Shown here one piece after another: positions 19,748-29,406 of a stretch of 64,000 nucleotides of DNA. The position numbers were made by a program, and so were the translations under genes. Within the stretch, counting starts at the first letter, position 1; every line of letters begins with the position of its first letter. Source of the DNA: Spirochaetota bacterium (GTDB lineage: Bacteria > Spirochaetota > UBA12135 > COTS27 > CAXSBA01); assembly GCA_965224715.1 (NCBI GenBank), contig OZ245054.1, positions 1,300,334 through 1,364,333 on the forward strand. Reading direction: 5' to 3'. The notes beneath the pieces are model-generated. The model saw only the letters and a program-made list of their open reading frames with translations, searched no databases and was not told where the DNA came from.

Positions 19748-20908
19748 ATGAAATCCTATCACATCATCACGTACGGTTGCCAGATGAATAAGAATGACAG
19801 TGAGCGTATGGCAGGCCTATTGGAGAATATTGGGTTTGATCCTAGTGATATTTGGGAGAATGCAGATTTAGTTCTTATCAATACATGTTCTATCCGTGAT
19901 AAGGCTGAAAGGAGAGTTTCTGGAAAATTTCATCAACTCAATCATTATCGCAGAAGCCATAACAGAGATATGAAGTTGGGTATCATGGGATGTATGCCCC
20001 AACATGCAAAAAAATTTATTTTGGAAAAACTGTCTTTTCTTGACTATGTAGTAGGAGTAAACAATATGGAAGATCTCCCCAACTTAATTGGAGAAGGGAG
20101 AAAAACTTTGAATGAACAATTAAAGTTGTTACGAATTAAAAGAAGAGAAAAAGATATTTCATCTTTTGAAAAAAAAATGGAGTATCAAGTAAGGAGCCCT
20201 GGAAAAAAGGCCTGGGTGTCGGTCCAGTTCGGTTGTAATAAAGTTTGTAGTTATTGTATCGTTCCTTTCACTAGGGGAAGAGAAATATCTAGGAAGAGGG
20301 AAGCAATTTTTACTGAGATTGCCAACTTAAAGGAAAAGGGCTATGACCAGGTTGTCCTTCTGGGACAGAATGTTAATTCCTATGGACTTACAATTTACGA
20401 AAATTATAGTTTTGCTAATCTTTTGGAAGATATAGCAACGATGTTCCCTTGGCTTCGGAAGATTGATTTCCTTACTTCTTATCCTAGTGATGTGACAGAT
20501 AATCTTATTGACGTGATTTATAACTATGACAATATTACCAAGGAAATCCATTTCCCTATCCAACATGGGGATGATGAAATATTAAAAAAGATGGATCGAC
20601 ATTATACTGTAGATGAATATTTGATGAAGGTTGAAAAGCTTCGTAATAGGATACCTGGAGTTCGTTTAGGAACTGATCTTATAGTTGGTTTTCCCGGAGA
20701 AACAGAAAAACATTTTAAGAACCTAATAAAAATATTAAGAGTTATACAATTTGATTTTGCCAATACTGCCGCTTTTTCTCCCAGGCCAGGAACAAAAGCA
20801 GCACAAATGAGTGGGCAGGTTTCTGAAGAGATTAAGAAAAAACGATTACATATTCTTAATCACACTCTCCAAGAAATCTATCAAGAAAAGAAGAAATTAG
20901 TTTCTTAG
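19748..20908 (+). CDS. MiaB/RimO-family radical-SAM methylthiotransferase (short form)
   Basis: The N-terminal UPF0004 domain has YGCQMN...NTCSIRDKAE, and the radical-SAM box is GCNKVCSYCIVP (CxxxCxxC). No obvious C-terminal TRAM domain is present. Confidence 0.7.
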   Translation: MKSYHIITYGCQMNKNDSERMAGLLENIGFDPSDIWENADLVLINTCSIRDKAERRVSGKFHQLNHYRRSHNRDMKLGIMGCMPQHAKKFILEKLSFLDYVVGVNNMEDLPNLIGEGRKTLNEQLKLLRIKRREKDISSFEKKMEYQVRSPGKKAWVSVQFGCNKVCSYCIVPFTRGREISRKREAIFTEIANLKEKGYDQVVLLGQNVNSYGLTIYENYSFANLLEDIATMFPWLRKIDFLTSYPSDVTDNLIDVIYNYDNITKEIHFPIQHGDDEILKKMDRHYTVDEYLMKVEKLRNRIPGVRLGTDLIVGFPGETEKHFKNLIKILRVIQFDFANTAAFSPRPGTKAAQMSGQVSEEIKKKRLHILNHTLQEIYQEKKKLVS

Positions 20909-20996
20909 TTTATTATCGGAAACATCTGTAATGAAGTATTCCATATAAAGTATATTTAAGTGGTAAGAAAACATGAATTGAGTATTATTTATTTCA

Positions 20997-22043
20997 ATGG
21001 ATTATTTTACTGGTTTAAGTTTTATTATTTGTTATCGTAATAAGGATGATATAAGGCCAACCTTGTCGTCTATTCGTGAGAGTTTTGCAAAGCTAAATAC
21101 AAATAATGTTAATTATGAGATCATAACAGTTAGCGGAAATCATCCTTCATTACAGAGAAATAATGCGGTTAATTTTGCTCGTTACTCACACTTGTATTTT
21201 CTAGATAATGATTCGATCATCAATCATGAAAGTTTAGAATGTATCATTTTAAAATTAAATTCTTCAGAGGGAAAGAAAATAGCTATTATAGGAGGGCCGG
21301 CACTCCTTCCTAGTCAAGCTAGCAACTTTGAATTTTGTATTGATGGATTATTAGGAAGCTATCCTGTAGTAGGTCGACGCTCAGCTCGTTACTCTCGAAA
21401 AGGGAAAGAGATTATTACAAGTGGAAGTGAACTGATTTTATGCAATATGGTTGTTAATAAAAGATGTTTCATTGAAATTGGACGTTTCGACTACCGCCTT
21501 TATCCTAATGAAGAAAACGAATTTATATCTAGAGTGTATAAATCTCAGGGACGCATCCTTTATTCACCTATGATTAATGTTGAACGACATCAGCGAAAAA
21601 GCTATATAGCTTTTATTCAGCAGATGATCAATTATGGGAGAGGAAAAGCAGAAGAACTAAAAATTAAATGGTCTCAAATCCAATTATTTGGTTTACGTGT
21701 ATTTTGTTTATTATTTTTAATTTTATTACTGACTTTGTTAGTTAGTTTTTTGATGAATTTAGATATAATCTCTTATAAAAAAGATGATATAGGAATATTT
21801 GTTGGCAACGTCGGGGAATGGTTGCAGCATATTGTTTTATGGTATTTTATTTATTTAGTCTGGGTAACGACTCGTACTTCTGCTATAAAAAAGAAAATTT
21901 TATATCATGTTCCTATTTTGTTATTTCTACTACATACATGCTATGGGTTTGGGTTTAGCTATTATCTTTATAAAAGATATTTTTTTAGTAAAAAAAAACT
22001 TTTTTGGTTTAAAATAACGTCATGTAATGATGATGTTCGATAA
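20997..22043 (+). CDS. GT2-like glycosyltransferase with C-terminal transmembrane region
   Basis: LSFIICYRN...YEIITVSG....QRNNA and YFLDNDS form a DxD-like GT-A core. The C-terminal ~100 aa are hydrophobic helices. Confidence 0.55.
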   Translation: MDYFTGLSFIICYRNKDDIRPTLSSIRESFAKLNTNNVNYEIITVSGNHPSLQRNNAVNFARYSHLYFLDNDSIINHESLECIILKLNSSEGKKIAIIGGPALLPSQASNFEFCIDGLLGSYPVVGRRSARYSRKGKEIITSGSELILCNMVVNKRCFIEIGRFDYRLYPNEENEFISRVYKSQGRILYSPMINVERHQRKSYIAFIQQMINYGRGKAEELKIKWSQIQLFGLRVFCLLFLILLLTLLVSFLMNLDIISYKKDDIGIFVGNVGEWLQHIVLWYFIYLVWVTTRTSAIKKKILYHVPILLFLLHTCYGFGFSYYLYKRYFFSKKKLFWFKITSCNDDVR

Positions 22044-22148
22044 TTTTTGAATCTTAAGTTTATTTATTTTAAGGATCTATGATATCTGTATCAAGATCAT
22101 ATTCATCATTACTACCATATTGGCTAATTCTATCTAAATAGGCTTCCA

Positions 22149-23705
22149 CTAGGGGTTGATTGGGATCAAGATATATAGACTCTTGCCAATAGCGTTGAGC
22201 GAATTCATAAAAACCAATCTTATAATAAGTGCTACCGATAATATTTTAATTCTAGTATTGTAAGGATCAATTTCCTCTAACTGATGTAATTTTTTCAATA
22301 CCAAGCTGTATTCTTTTTTCAAAAATAGTTTTCGAATTTGAGCTAACTCTAAACCAATATTGTAGTTATATTTTTTTCTAATTTTCTCAAACTCCTTTTG
22401 ATATCGTGAATCTATTCCATTATAATAGTCAGTCAGTCCTTTATTATTATTACTGTCTTTAGATGTCTCTTCATTTTTACGAGGGGAAATTTTCTCCCCG
22501 ATATTAGTAATGATGATTACATTAACAGTATTCTTATTAATGTCAGGAAAGGACTTTAAAATACTTTTCAGTAATCCTACAGATTTTTTATAGTATCCCT
22601 CATCATCTTTTTGGCTGTCATATGGTTGACTTTCTACAGGTTTATCGGGTGGACGAATCTTTCTATCGCCATAAATTAAATCATAAAGTAAAGGGAGCTT
22701 GATAATAAAATCATGAAAAAAGTCTGAATTTTTATTAGTTATATAGTTATTAGACGGTTTTTTAATAATACGAAGTGCTTCTTGATTGAGAATACTTCTA
22801 TAAGTATCTTCCCAGTCATCGGTTTTTATCTCATTTTTTTTTATTTCCCTTTTTTTAGAATTATTTCTTTCTTTAGAAAAGAACTGATCTAAAAGATTGG
22901 TTAAATTGTAAAGATTAAGATTGATATTGTTGTTATTGATGTTACTAGTATCTTGTGTATTCAGTCTGCTACTTGGAGCACTATCTTGAGGATTGAAATT
23001 ATTGTTGGGGTTCTGGTCTGTCTTTAGGGAATCAATATCAAAAGCTTGGGTATCACTTTTTGGTGACTGTTTGTGGGGATTATTATCATAATAAAGTGGT
23101 GGTTTTTTTGAAATATCGTCTATTTCTAAACGATTGGACTTTGAGCTATAACTACCTCTCAATGAACTGTCAGTTGGAGTACGTAATGATTGATTGACTG
23201 GAATAGGTGAAGGAATGTATGCTTGAGATTGCTCATAAATAATAATATTAATAGGAAAACTTTTTAGAGTCTGATTAATGGGAGTTTCACGGAATGATAG
23301 AGAATCACTATTATCTCTTAGAAATAAAGAAGTGGAAGTATTGCGGAGGTTTTGGTTATTAGGAATTCCTCTTGAATATTGATTGTAGTACCCTATATTT
23401 CTTTCTTCTTCAATACTATTATTTAAATTAATAGATTCCTTTTCATTATTGTTTTTATTTGATTTATTGTGAAATAAATTATCATTCTTTTGATGATTTT
23501 TATTGGCCTTAAATCTTTTGTCAGCCTTAAATTTAAATGTAAAGTCGTTTTGATTTTGAGATACTTTTGACAGTTTATTGTATTTAATAATCTTCTCATC
23601 ACTAGGTTTAATTAAATTCCCATTCCTTTGAAGGGTTTGGGCAAAAACTAGACTAATAAAAAGTAGCAATAGTAAATAATTTTTTATATTATGTTTTGAT
23701 TTCAT
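22149..23705 (-). CDS. Secreted Asn/Ser-rich low-complexity protein with C-terminal TPR-like region; apparent frameshift near its 3' end
   Basis: The N-terminal signal-like segment is LLLLFISLVFAQ, followed by a long N/S/Q-rich region. The TPR-like reading continues in another frame to a stop at 22069-22071 (see findings). Confidence 0.5.
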   Translation of the reverse strand: MKSKHNIKNYLLLLLFISLVFAQTLQRNGNLIKPSDEKIIKYNKLSKVSQNQNDFTFKFKADKRFKANKNHQKNDNLFHNKSNKNNNEKESINLNNSIEEERNIGYYNQYSRGIPNNQNLRNTSTSLFLRDNSDSLSFRETPINQTLKSFPINIIIYEQSQAYIPSPIPVNQSLRTPTDSSLRGSYSSKSNRLEIDDISKKPPLYYDNNPHKQSPKSDTQAFDIDSLKTDQNPNNNFNPQDSAPSSRLNTQDTSNINNNNINLNLYNLTNLLDQFFSKERNNSKKREIKKNEIKTDDWEDTYRSILNQEALRIIKKPSNNYITNKNSDFFHDFIIKLPLLYDLIYGDRKIRPPDKPVESQPYDSQKDDEGYYKKSVGLLKSILKSFPDINKNTVNVIIITNIGEKISPRKNEETSKDSNNNKGLTDYYNGIDSRYQKEFEKIRKKYNYNIGLELAQIRKLFLKKEYSLVLKKLHQLEEIDPYNTRIKILSVALIIRLVFMNSLNAIGKSLYILIPINP

Positions 23706-23723
23706 AGTAAATGACTTTTTTTC

Positions 23724-24737
23724 TTAAAATTCAAATCGATAGAAAAAACCACAATAGATAGCTTTCTCGTCTGTTCCTAATCCAGTAAAATCGAATTCTG
23801 TGAATATTGCGTAGTCTCTATTGATAATCACAGCAATACCGGGTCGACCAGTCATACTAATGAGAGGAGTATTGGCCGCATAACTTAGAATATGATTAAT
23901 GTTGTAGTTAAAATTTATTCCGGTTCGAACATATAAAGGTAGTTCAACGTTTTTATATAATACATTAAATATGTTAATCAAGTCAATAGCAATCTTTATT
24001 CCTCCAGCCAAACCAAAGCCAAGAATGTTGTCAGTTGAATCGTTTGGATATAATATATTAGCACTGGGATCAGCATAAAAACCAAAATCAACAAAGTTAA
24101 AAATTTTCCAGTCAAAGCCAAGATGGATGTTAAGTGGATACATATTATTTTGAACCGATGTCCCACCAAAGGTGATACCTTGATAAAATCCCAAATTAAA
24201 TGATGTTGTTCCCTTCCTTAAAATTGTTGACCATTTTTTACCCCATATAATATTATGTTCTTTAGCATTTTTTATAATTAGAGTTAAAGCTATGGTTTTT
24301 CCCACTACAGATAAGTTGATAATGGCATAGTAGTCGGAATAGAGTTCGGTGCTGAATCTTTCCATTTCTGCTAATTGTTCAGGAGTGTACAACTCTAATC
24401 CGGAATCTACGGGGATAGTCTTATTTAAAGCTTCAATTGAACCAACTAGATGAAAAAATTTGTTCTCTAGTCTTATCTCTTCAAAACTTTTGAGAATTAG
24501 AGTTCGGTACTTATCGTCAACTGTAATTCCGGTTGATTCAAAACGAGTGATAGCCACTCGTTCATTGAGTTTGTTATCCAATATAACTTCTTTGATATCT
24601 TTTTTTGCTCTTTTAATTAGAATCTGTAAATATGGGAAAAGATCAACAGTGACTTCTTGGGTGGGGATTTGTGACCATAAAGTTGATGCTAAAATAAATA
24701 ATGATATTAATAAATATTTTATTGATACTTTTAGCAT
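23724..24737 (-). CDS. Hypothetical exported protein, possible outer-membrane beta-barrel
   Basis: A signal peptide (LLISLFILASTLWSQ) is present. The C-terminal half has alternating aromatic/glycine beta-strand-like segments and the protein ends ...GFFYRFEF. Confidence 0.4.
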   Translation of the reverse strand: MLKVSIKYLLISLFILASTLWSQIPTQEVTVDLFPYLQILIKRAKKDIKEVILDNKLNERVAITRFESTGITVDDKYRTLILKSFEEIRLENKFFHLVGSIEALNKTIPVDSGLELYTPEQLAEMERFSTELYSDYYAIINLSVVGKTIALTLIIKNAKEHNIIWGKKWSTILRKGTTSFNLGFYQGITFGGTSVQNNMYPLNIHLGFDWKIFNFVDFGFYADPSANILYPNDSTDNILGFGLAGGIKIAIDLINIFNVLYKNVELPLYVRTGINFNYNINHILSYAANTPLISMTGRPGIAVIINRDYAIFTEFDFTGLGTDEKAIYCGFFYRFEF

Positions 24738-24768
24738 TGTTATTTTATCGACATGATTTTTTTTTAAA

Positions 24769-25587
24769 TTAGTGTTTTTTGTTTATTATAAAATATGTTA
24801 ATACTTTAAATAGGTATTCTGGTTGTTCATAGTGAAGCCAATGCCCTGAATTTGGAATCATTTTTATATTAACCTTAGAAAAATTTTCAAAAATCTTTTT
24901 TTTATCAGCATCGCTAATATATACACTATTTTCACCACCAACAAAGAGGGTGTTGATATCTACTTTTGATATTAGATCTATTTTTTTACCTAGAAAGTTT
25001 ATTTTTTCTTTTAAAATTTTCATGTTGCATCGCCACTTCATTTTTGGGAATATGATCAAATTCTTTAGCAAGAAGTCAACTAAAAGAGGATGATTTAAAT
25101 GGGGTAGAACTTCATGCTTTACTTCTTCACGCGACTTATAATCCTGTAGATTGATTTGAGACAAAATTTTAATTATTTTGTGGGCTTCTTTTATATCTCG
25201 ATGACTGGGAGTCATATCTAAGATGATCAGTTTCTTCACTTTTTCAGGATAGTTGACAGTGAATTGTATGGCGGTCTTTCCTCCCATTGAATGTCCACAG
25301 AGTATGACTTTATCAATACCCCTTGTTTCAAGCATTTGATAAATATCACTGGCCATAATAGAGTAACTTATCTCTTCACTATGTGGAGATTGCCCGTGGT
25401 TTCTGAGATCAGGGAGAAAGACATTGTATCCTATTTTTGTGAATTTCCTAGCAAATAACTTTAAGTTGGTGCCAGAGCCTAGAAACCCATGAAGAAAAAC
25501 TATTTTATTACATACTAAGGTAGCTAAATTCTTCCCTGGACTTTGCTTTGAGAGTTCTGCGGGCAAGTATTCGTAAAATAAATCCAT
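24769..25587 (-). CDS. Alpha/beta-fold hydrolase (YbfF-like esterase)
   Basis: The motifs are HGFLGSG, DLRNHGQSPH, the nucleophile elbow GHSMGG and a C-terminal GHW.H. Confidence 0.7.
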   Translation of the reverse strand: MDLFYEYLPAELSKQSPGKNLATLVCNKIVFLHGFLGSGTNLKLFARKFTKIGYNVFLPDLRNHGQSPHSEEISYSIMASDIYQMLETRGIDKVILCGHSMGGKTAIQFTVNYPEKVKKLIILDMTPSHRDIKEAHKIIKILSQINLQDYKSREEVKHEVLPHLNHPLLVDFLLKNLIIFPKMKWRCNMKILKEKINFLGKKIDLISKVDINTLFVGGENSVYISDADKKKIFENFSKVNIKMIPNSGHWLHYEQPEYLFKVLTYFIINKKH

Positions 25588-25643
25588 GCTATTGAGTTAT
25601 CTTTAGAAAGATCGCTTTAATTCAAATGCCGTACTTTTTATGC

Positions 25644-27254
25644 TTAGAAACAGGTAGCTATTAAACCACGGGTATAGGGACTTTGAGGATTCTGGAAAAT
25701 GTCCTCTTTAAAACCACTTTCAATAATTTTGGATTTCTTTATCACGATTACCCAATCAGAGATAGCTTTAATAACTCGAAGGTCATGGCTAATAAAAATA
25801 TAAGACAGTCCTCTTTTTTCCTGAAGTTGGAGAAGAAATTCTATTACTTGTTTTTGTAAGGCCACATCTAATGAGGAAGTGGGTTCGTCAAGAAGAACAA
25901 TGTCTGGTTTCAAGATCAAAGTCCGGGCAAGATGGATCCTTTGGCGTTGCCCTCCAGAAAATTCATGAGGATAACGTTTCCGGGCACTAAGGGGCAATTC
26001 AACTTCTGTCATTACCGCTTCAACTTTTAAACGTTTTTTTTCAGAGTTCATGTTTGGATAATGAATTTCTAACCCCTCACCGATAATCTCTTCTATCTTC
26101 AAACGAGGATTCAGTGAAGAATAAGAGTCTTGAAATACTACCTGGATATTTTTCCTGATTTTCTTGAGTTCAGATTTGTTCAATGAATTGATTTTTACTC
26201 CATGGTAAAGAATGTCGCCACGAGAACGGATTAGTCTAAGAATGGCCATTAAAAGAGTACTTTTCCCAGATCCCGATTCACCGATAATACCTAAGGTTCT
26301 TCCTTTAATCAGGGTGAAAGATGCACTTGTCACTCCGGGATTTTCACGTATAATCCTTTTAAGAAATGGAGACTTCACAGGATAGGTTGCGGTGAGCTGA
26401 TCTACTTTAAGAATGGGTTCACCATCATAGCTTCTCTGAGGAAGGGGAAATGGCATATTGTGAAATAGTTTTCGAGTATAAGCATCCAGTGGTCTTTCGA
26501 TAATTTCCTTAGTCTTACCTTGCTCAATGATTATTCCATCCTTCATCACCACAATATAATCAGCAATTTTTCGAATCAAGGTTAAATCATGAGTAACAAA
26601 AAGCAAAGAAAGTTTAAAGGTTTGCTTCAACTCCTTAAGAAGGTCAATGATTCGACTTTCTACAGTGGCATCCAAGGCGGTTGTAGGCTCATCGGCTATA
26701 AGGAGACGAGGGCGATTGACCAAAGCCATCGCTATCATGACCCTTTGTCTTTCACCTCCAGAGAGTTCATGGGGGAAACGACTTAAGAAATTCTCTGAAC
26801 TCTTCATGCCAACCTTGGTTAAAATATCAATAGTTTTCTTCACTTTTTGAGAATTAGTGACTGAACTTTTTTTCCCATTACGGATATTCTCACTTATCTG
26901 TTTTAAGATGGTATGAGTGGGATTTAGTGATGTCATAGGATCTTGGAAAATCATCCCTATTTCCTGACTACGGATTTTACGTAGTTCCTTTTCAGAAAGG
27001 TCGATAATATCCTTTCCCTGGAATAGTATTTTTCCAGAAAAATTTAATAGTTGATTAGAGTTAATAAGTCGAAGGATCGAGAGGGCAGTCACAGATTTTC
27101 CAGAACCGGATTCTCCCACGATACCTACAGTCTGATAGGGGAAAATGTTAAAACTGATATTTTTCAACTGCCAATTATTTGATTGTTGAGTATTATTAAA
27201 GCTGAGGCAGAGTTTGCTTATTTCTAACAAAGGAGAAGAAGAATCAGTAGTCAT
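25644..27254 (-). CDS. ABC transporter ATP-binding protein with duplicated ATPase domains (YejF-like)
   Basis: There are two Walker A sites (GESGSGKS twice), two ABC signatures (LSGGERQR, FSGGQRQR) and two Walker B sites (LLIADEPTTALD, VLLDEPTSSLD). Confidence 0.85.
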   Translation of the reverse strand: MTTDSSSPLLEISKLCLSFNNTQQSNNWQLKNISFNIFPYQTVGIVGESGSGKSVTALSILRLINSNQLLNFSGKILFQGKDIIDLSEKELRKIRSQEIGMIFQDPMTSLNPTHTILKQISENIRNGKKSSVTNSQKVKKTIDILTKVGMKSSENFLSRFPHELSGGERQRVMIAMALVNRPRLLIADEPTTALDATVESRIIDLLKELKQTFKLSLLFVTHDLTLIRKIADYIVVMKDGIIIEQGKTKEIIERPLDAYTRKLFHNMPFPLPQRSYDGEPILKVDQLTATYPVKSPFLKRIIRENPGVTSASFTLIKGRTLGIIGESGSGKSTLLMAILRLIRSRGDILYHGVKINSLNKSELKKIRKNIQVVFQDSYSSLNPRLKIEEIIGEGLEIHYPNMNSEKKRLKVEAVMTEVELPLSARKRYPHEFSGGQRQRIHLARTLILKPDIVLLDEPTSSLDVALQKQVIEFLLQLQEKRGLSYIFISHDLRVIKAISDWVIVIKKSKIIESGFKEDIFQNPQSPYTRGLIATCF

Positions 27255-28333
27255 AATTTTTTTTTCAAAGGGCTTTTTAGAAAGTTTCTTTTATGCGGGT
27301 CAAGACAATCTCTAATCCCCTCACCAATAAAAATCAACATAATTAAAATAGAGGCGGTTACTGTGAATCCGATAATACCAAGCCATGGGGCATGAAGATT
27401 TTTTTTACCTTGAAAAATTAGCTCGCCAAGGGAGGGGGAAGAAGCGGGAAGGCCCAGTCCAAGAAAGTCCAAACTAGCCAGGGTTATAATAGCTCCACTC
27501 ATGTTAAAAGGGAGGAAGGTTAGGGTTGCAACCAAGGCATTAGGAAGGATGTGTTTCATCATAATTCGAATATTTGAAGCTCCCAGGGCTCGAGCCGAGC
27601 GAACATAATCGAAATTTCTCACTCGGAGCACTTCAGCTCGAACTATACCAACATAGCTCATCCATCCGAAACAACTAGTAATAAGCAACAGCCACCAGAA
27701 GTCTGGAATTATCACTGTTGTTAAAATAATTAGGAGATAGAGAATGGGAATGGAGTCCCAAATTTCCAAGAATCTTTGGAGGATAATATCAGCCAAACCC
27801 CCAAAATAGCCTTGAATCAAGCCGGCTGTAATACCAACAATTAAAGATATAGTACTTAGAATTAGGGCAAAGAATACTGAAAGACGGAATCCATAGACTA
27901 CTCTGGAAAGGATATCACGAGACTGATCGTCAATCCCTAACCAATGTTTCCAGGAAGGGGGGGAGGGAATTTGAGAATCTGGATTTTTGATAATCGTATC
28001 ATAGTAATAGGGAAATGGAGCCCAGACAATATACCCATGTTGTTCGATTTGATCCTTAACGAAAGGGTCTTTGTAAACAGCCTCAGTTTCAAAAAAACCA
28101 TCGAAGGTAGTTTCGGAATAGGCCTTTACTACAGGGAAATAATAGTTATTTTTATATTTGATCAAAAGGGGTTTTTCGTTGAAAATAAATTCTGCTCCCC
28201 AACTGAAAACAAATAGGCTGGTGAAGATATAAAGAGAGAAATAGGCTCTTCGATTACTCCTAAAGTTTTTCCATTGGGTGGGGGTAAGGAGTCGGGTGAA
28301 TATAAATTTAATCATATCAGGGGGTTTTGTCAA
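27251..28333 (-). CDS. Peptide ABC transporter permease (YejE/OppC-like)
   Basis: The multi-TM protein carries the binding-protein-dependent transport EAA-like loop (VRSARALGASNIRIMMKHILPN). It overlaps its neighbours, consistent with an operon. Confidence 0.8.
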   Translation of the reverse strand: MTKPPDMIKFIFTRLLTPTQWKNFRSNRRAYFSLYIFTSLFVFSWGAEFIFNEKPLLIKYKNNYYFPVVKAYSETTFDGFFETEAVYKDPFVKDQIEQHGYIVWAPFPYYYDTIIKNPDSQIPSPPSWKHWLGIDDQSRDILSRVVYGFRLSVFFALILSTISLIVGITAGLIQGYFGGLADIILQRFLEIWDSIPILYLLIILTTVIIPDFWWLLLITSCFGWMSYVGIVRAEVLRVRNFDYVRSARALGASNIRIMMKHILPNALVATLTFLPFNMSGAIITLASLDFLGLGLPASSPSLGELIFQGKKNLHAPWLGIIGFTVTASILIMLIFIGEGIRDCLDPHKRNFLKSPLKKKL

Positions 28334-29393
28334 AGTGGATTCGAGGATCGACTAGGGTATAGGTTAAATCGGTAATGATTCGGAGAGATAGACCCAATAG
28401 TGAAAAAAAGAAGAGACTGCCAAAAACGACGGGATAGTCATGTTTTAAGGCAGATTTATAACCTAATAGGCCTAATCCGTCTAGAGAGAAGATTACTTCA
28501 ATGATAAGGGATCCTGTAAAGAGGATGGAGACTAGAGCTCCAGGAAAACCGGCAATAACAATAAGCATTGCGTTTCTAAAAACATGTCCGTAAAGGATCC
28601 GTTTTTCTGTGAGTCCTTTAGCTCTAGCTGTAATGACATATTGTTGAGAAATTTGATCGATGAAGGAATTCTTGGTGAGCATGGTGAGGGAAGCAAAACC
28701 AGAAACAACCATAGCTATGATGGGAAGAGTTAGATGGTGAAAATAGTCGAAAATTTTTCCATACCAAGGAAGTTCCATGTAATTTTCCGAGAAAAGACCA
28801 CGAAGGGGAAACCAACTAAAGTATTCTCCTCCGGCAAAGAAGACAATCAATAATACTGCAAAAAGGAAATTGGGAATGGCATAACCGATAGTAAGGATAG
28901 TACTGGTATAAACATCAAAGTGACTTCCATCCCGAATCGCTTTGCTTATACCCAAGGGGATGCTTATCAAGTAAATAAGTAAGGTAGTCCATAGTCCCAG
29001 TGAGATTGATACCGGAAGCTTGGAAATTACTAAGGAGGCCACCGTATAATCGCTAAAAAAACTGGTACCGAAATCAAAAAAGAAATAATCTTTAATCATA
29101 TTAAGGAATCTTATATGGGCGGGTTGATCTAATCTGAAACGTTTAGTAACCTCTTCCAAGATTTCCTGTTCTAAGCCAGCCCCACCTTTATAACTTGAAT
29201 CGGATGTATTCCCTAATTCATCGAAACTGTTACTGAGTCTCTCTAAATTTCCGCCGCCGGTATGATTGAGTTGAGCCATAAATTGCTCCACTGGTCCTCC
29301 GGGAACGAATTGAATGATAATAAAATTGATCAGCATGATTCCGATCAGAGTTGGAAAAATAAGAAGTATTCTCTTAATTAGGTAGGCAAGCAT
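28317..29393 (-). CDS. Peptide ABC transporter permease (YejB/OppB-like)
   Basis: The start MLAYLIKRILLIFPTLIGIMLINFIIIQFVPGGPVEQ is OppB/DppB-type, and an EAA loop YVITARAKGLTEKRILYGHVFRNA is present. Confidence 0.8.
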   Translation of the reverse strand: MLAYLIKRILLIFPTLIGIMLINFIIIQFVPGGPVEQFMAQLNHTGGGNLERLSNSFDELGNTSDSSYKGGAGLEQEILEEVTKRFRLDQPAHIRFLNMIKDYFFFDFGTSFFSDYTVASLVISKLPVSISLGLWTTLLIYLISIPLGISKAIRDGSHFDVYTSTILTIGYAIPNFLFAVLLIVFFAGGEYFSWFPLRGLFSENYMELPWYGKIFDYFHHLTLPIIAMVVSGFASLTMLTKNSFIDQISQQYVITARAKGLTEKRILYGHVFRNAMLIVIAGFPGALVSILFTGSLIIEVIFSLDGLGLLGYKSALKHDYPVVFGSLFFFSLLGLSLRIITDLTYTLVDPRIHFDKTP

Positions 29394-29406
29394 ACCTTCT
29401 TTTTGA

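Noticed and set aside
19748-20908. MiaB-family enzyme apparently lacking the C-terminal TRAM domain, considered as a notable truncation
   Set aside because: The ORF ends cleanly with a normal intergenic gap before the next gene. Short family members exist, and I cannot judge TRAM absence reliably without a profile search.
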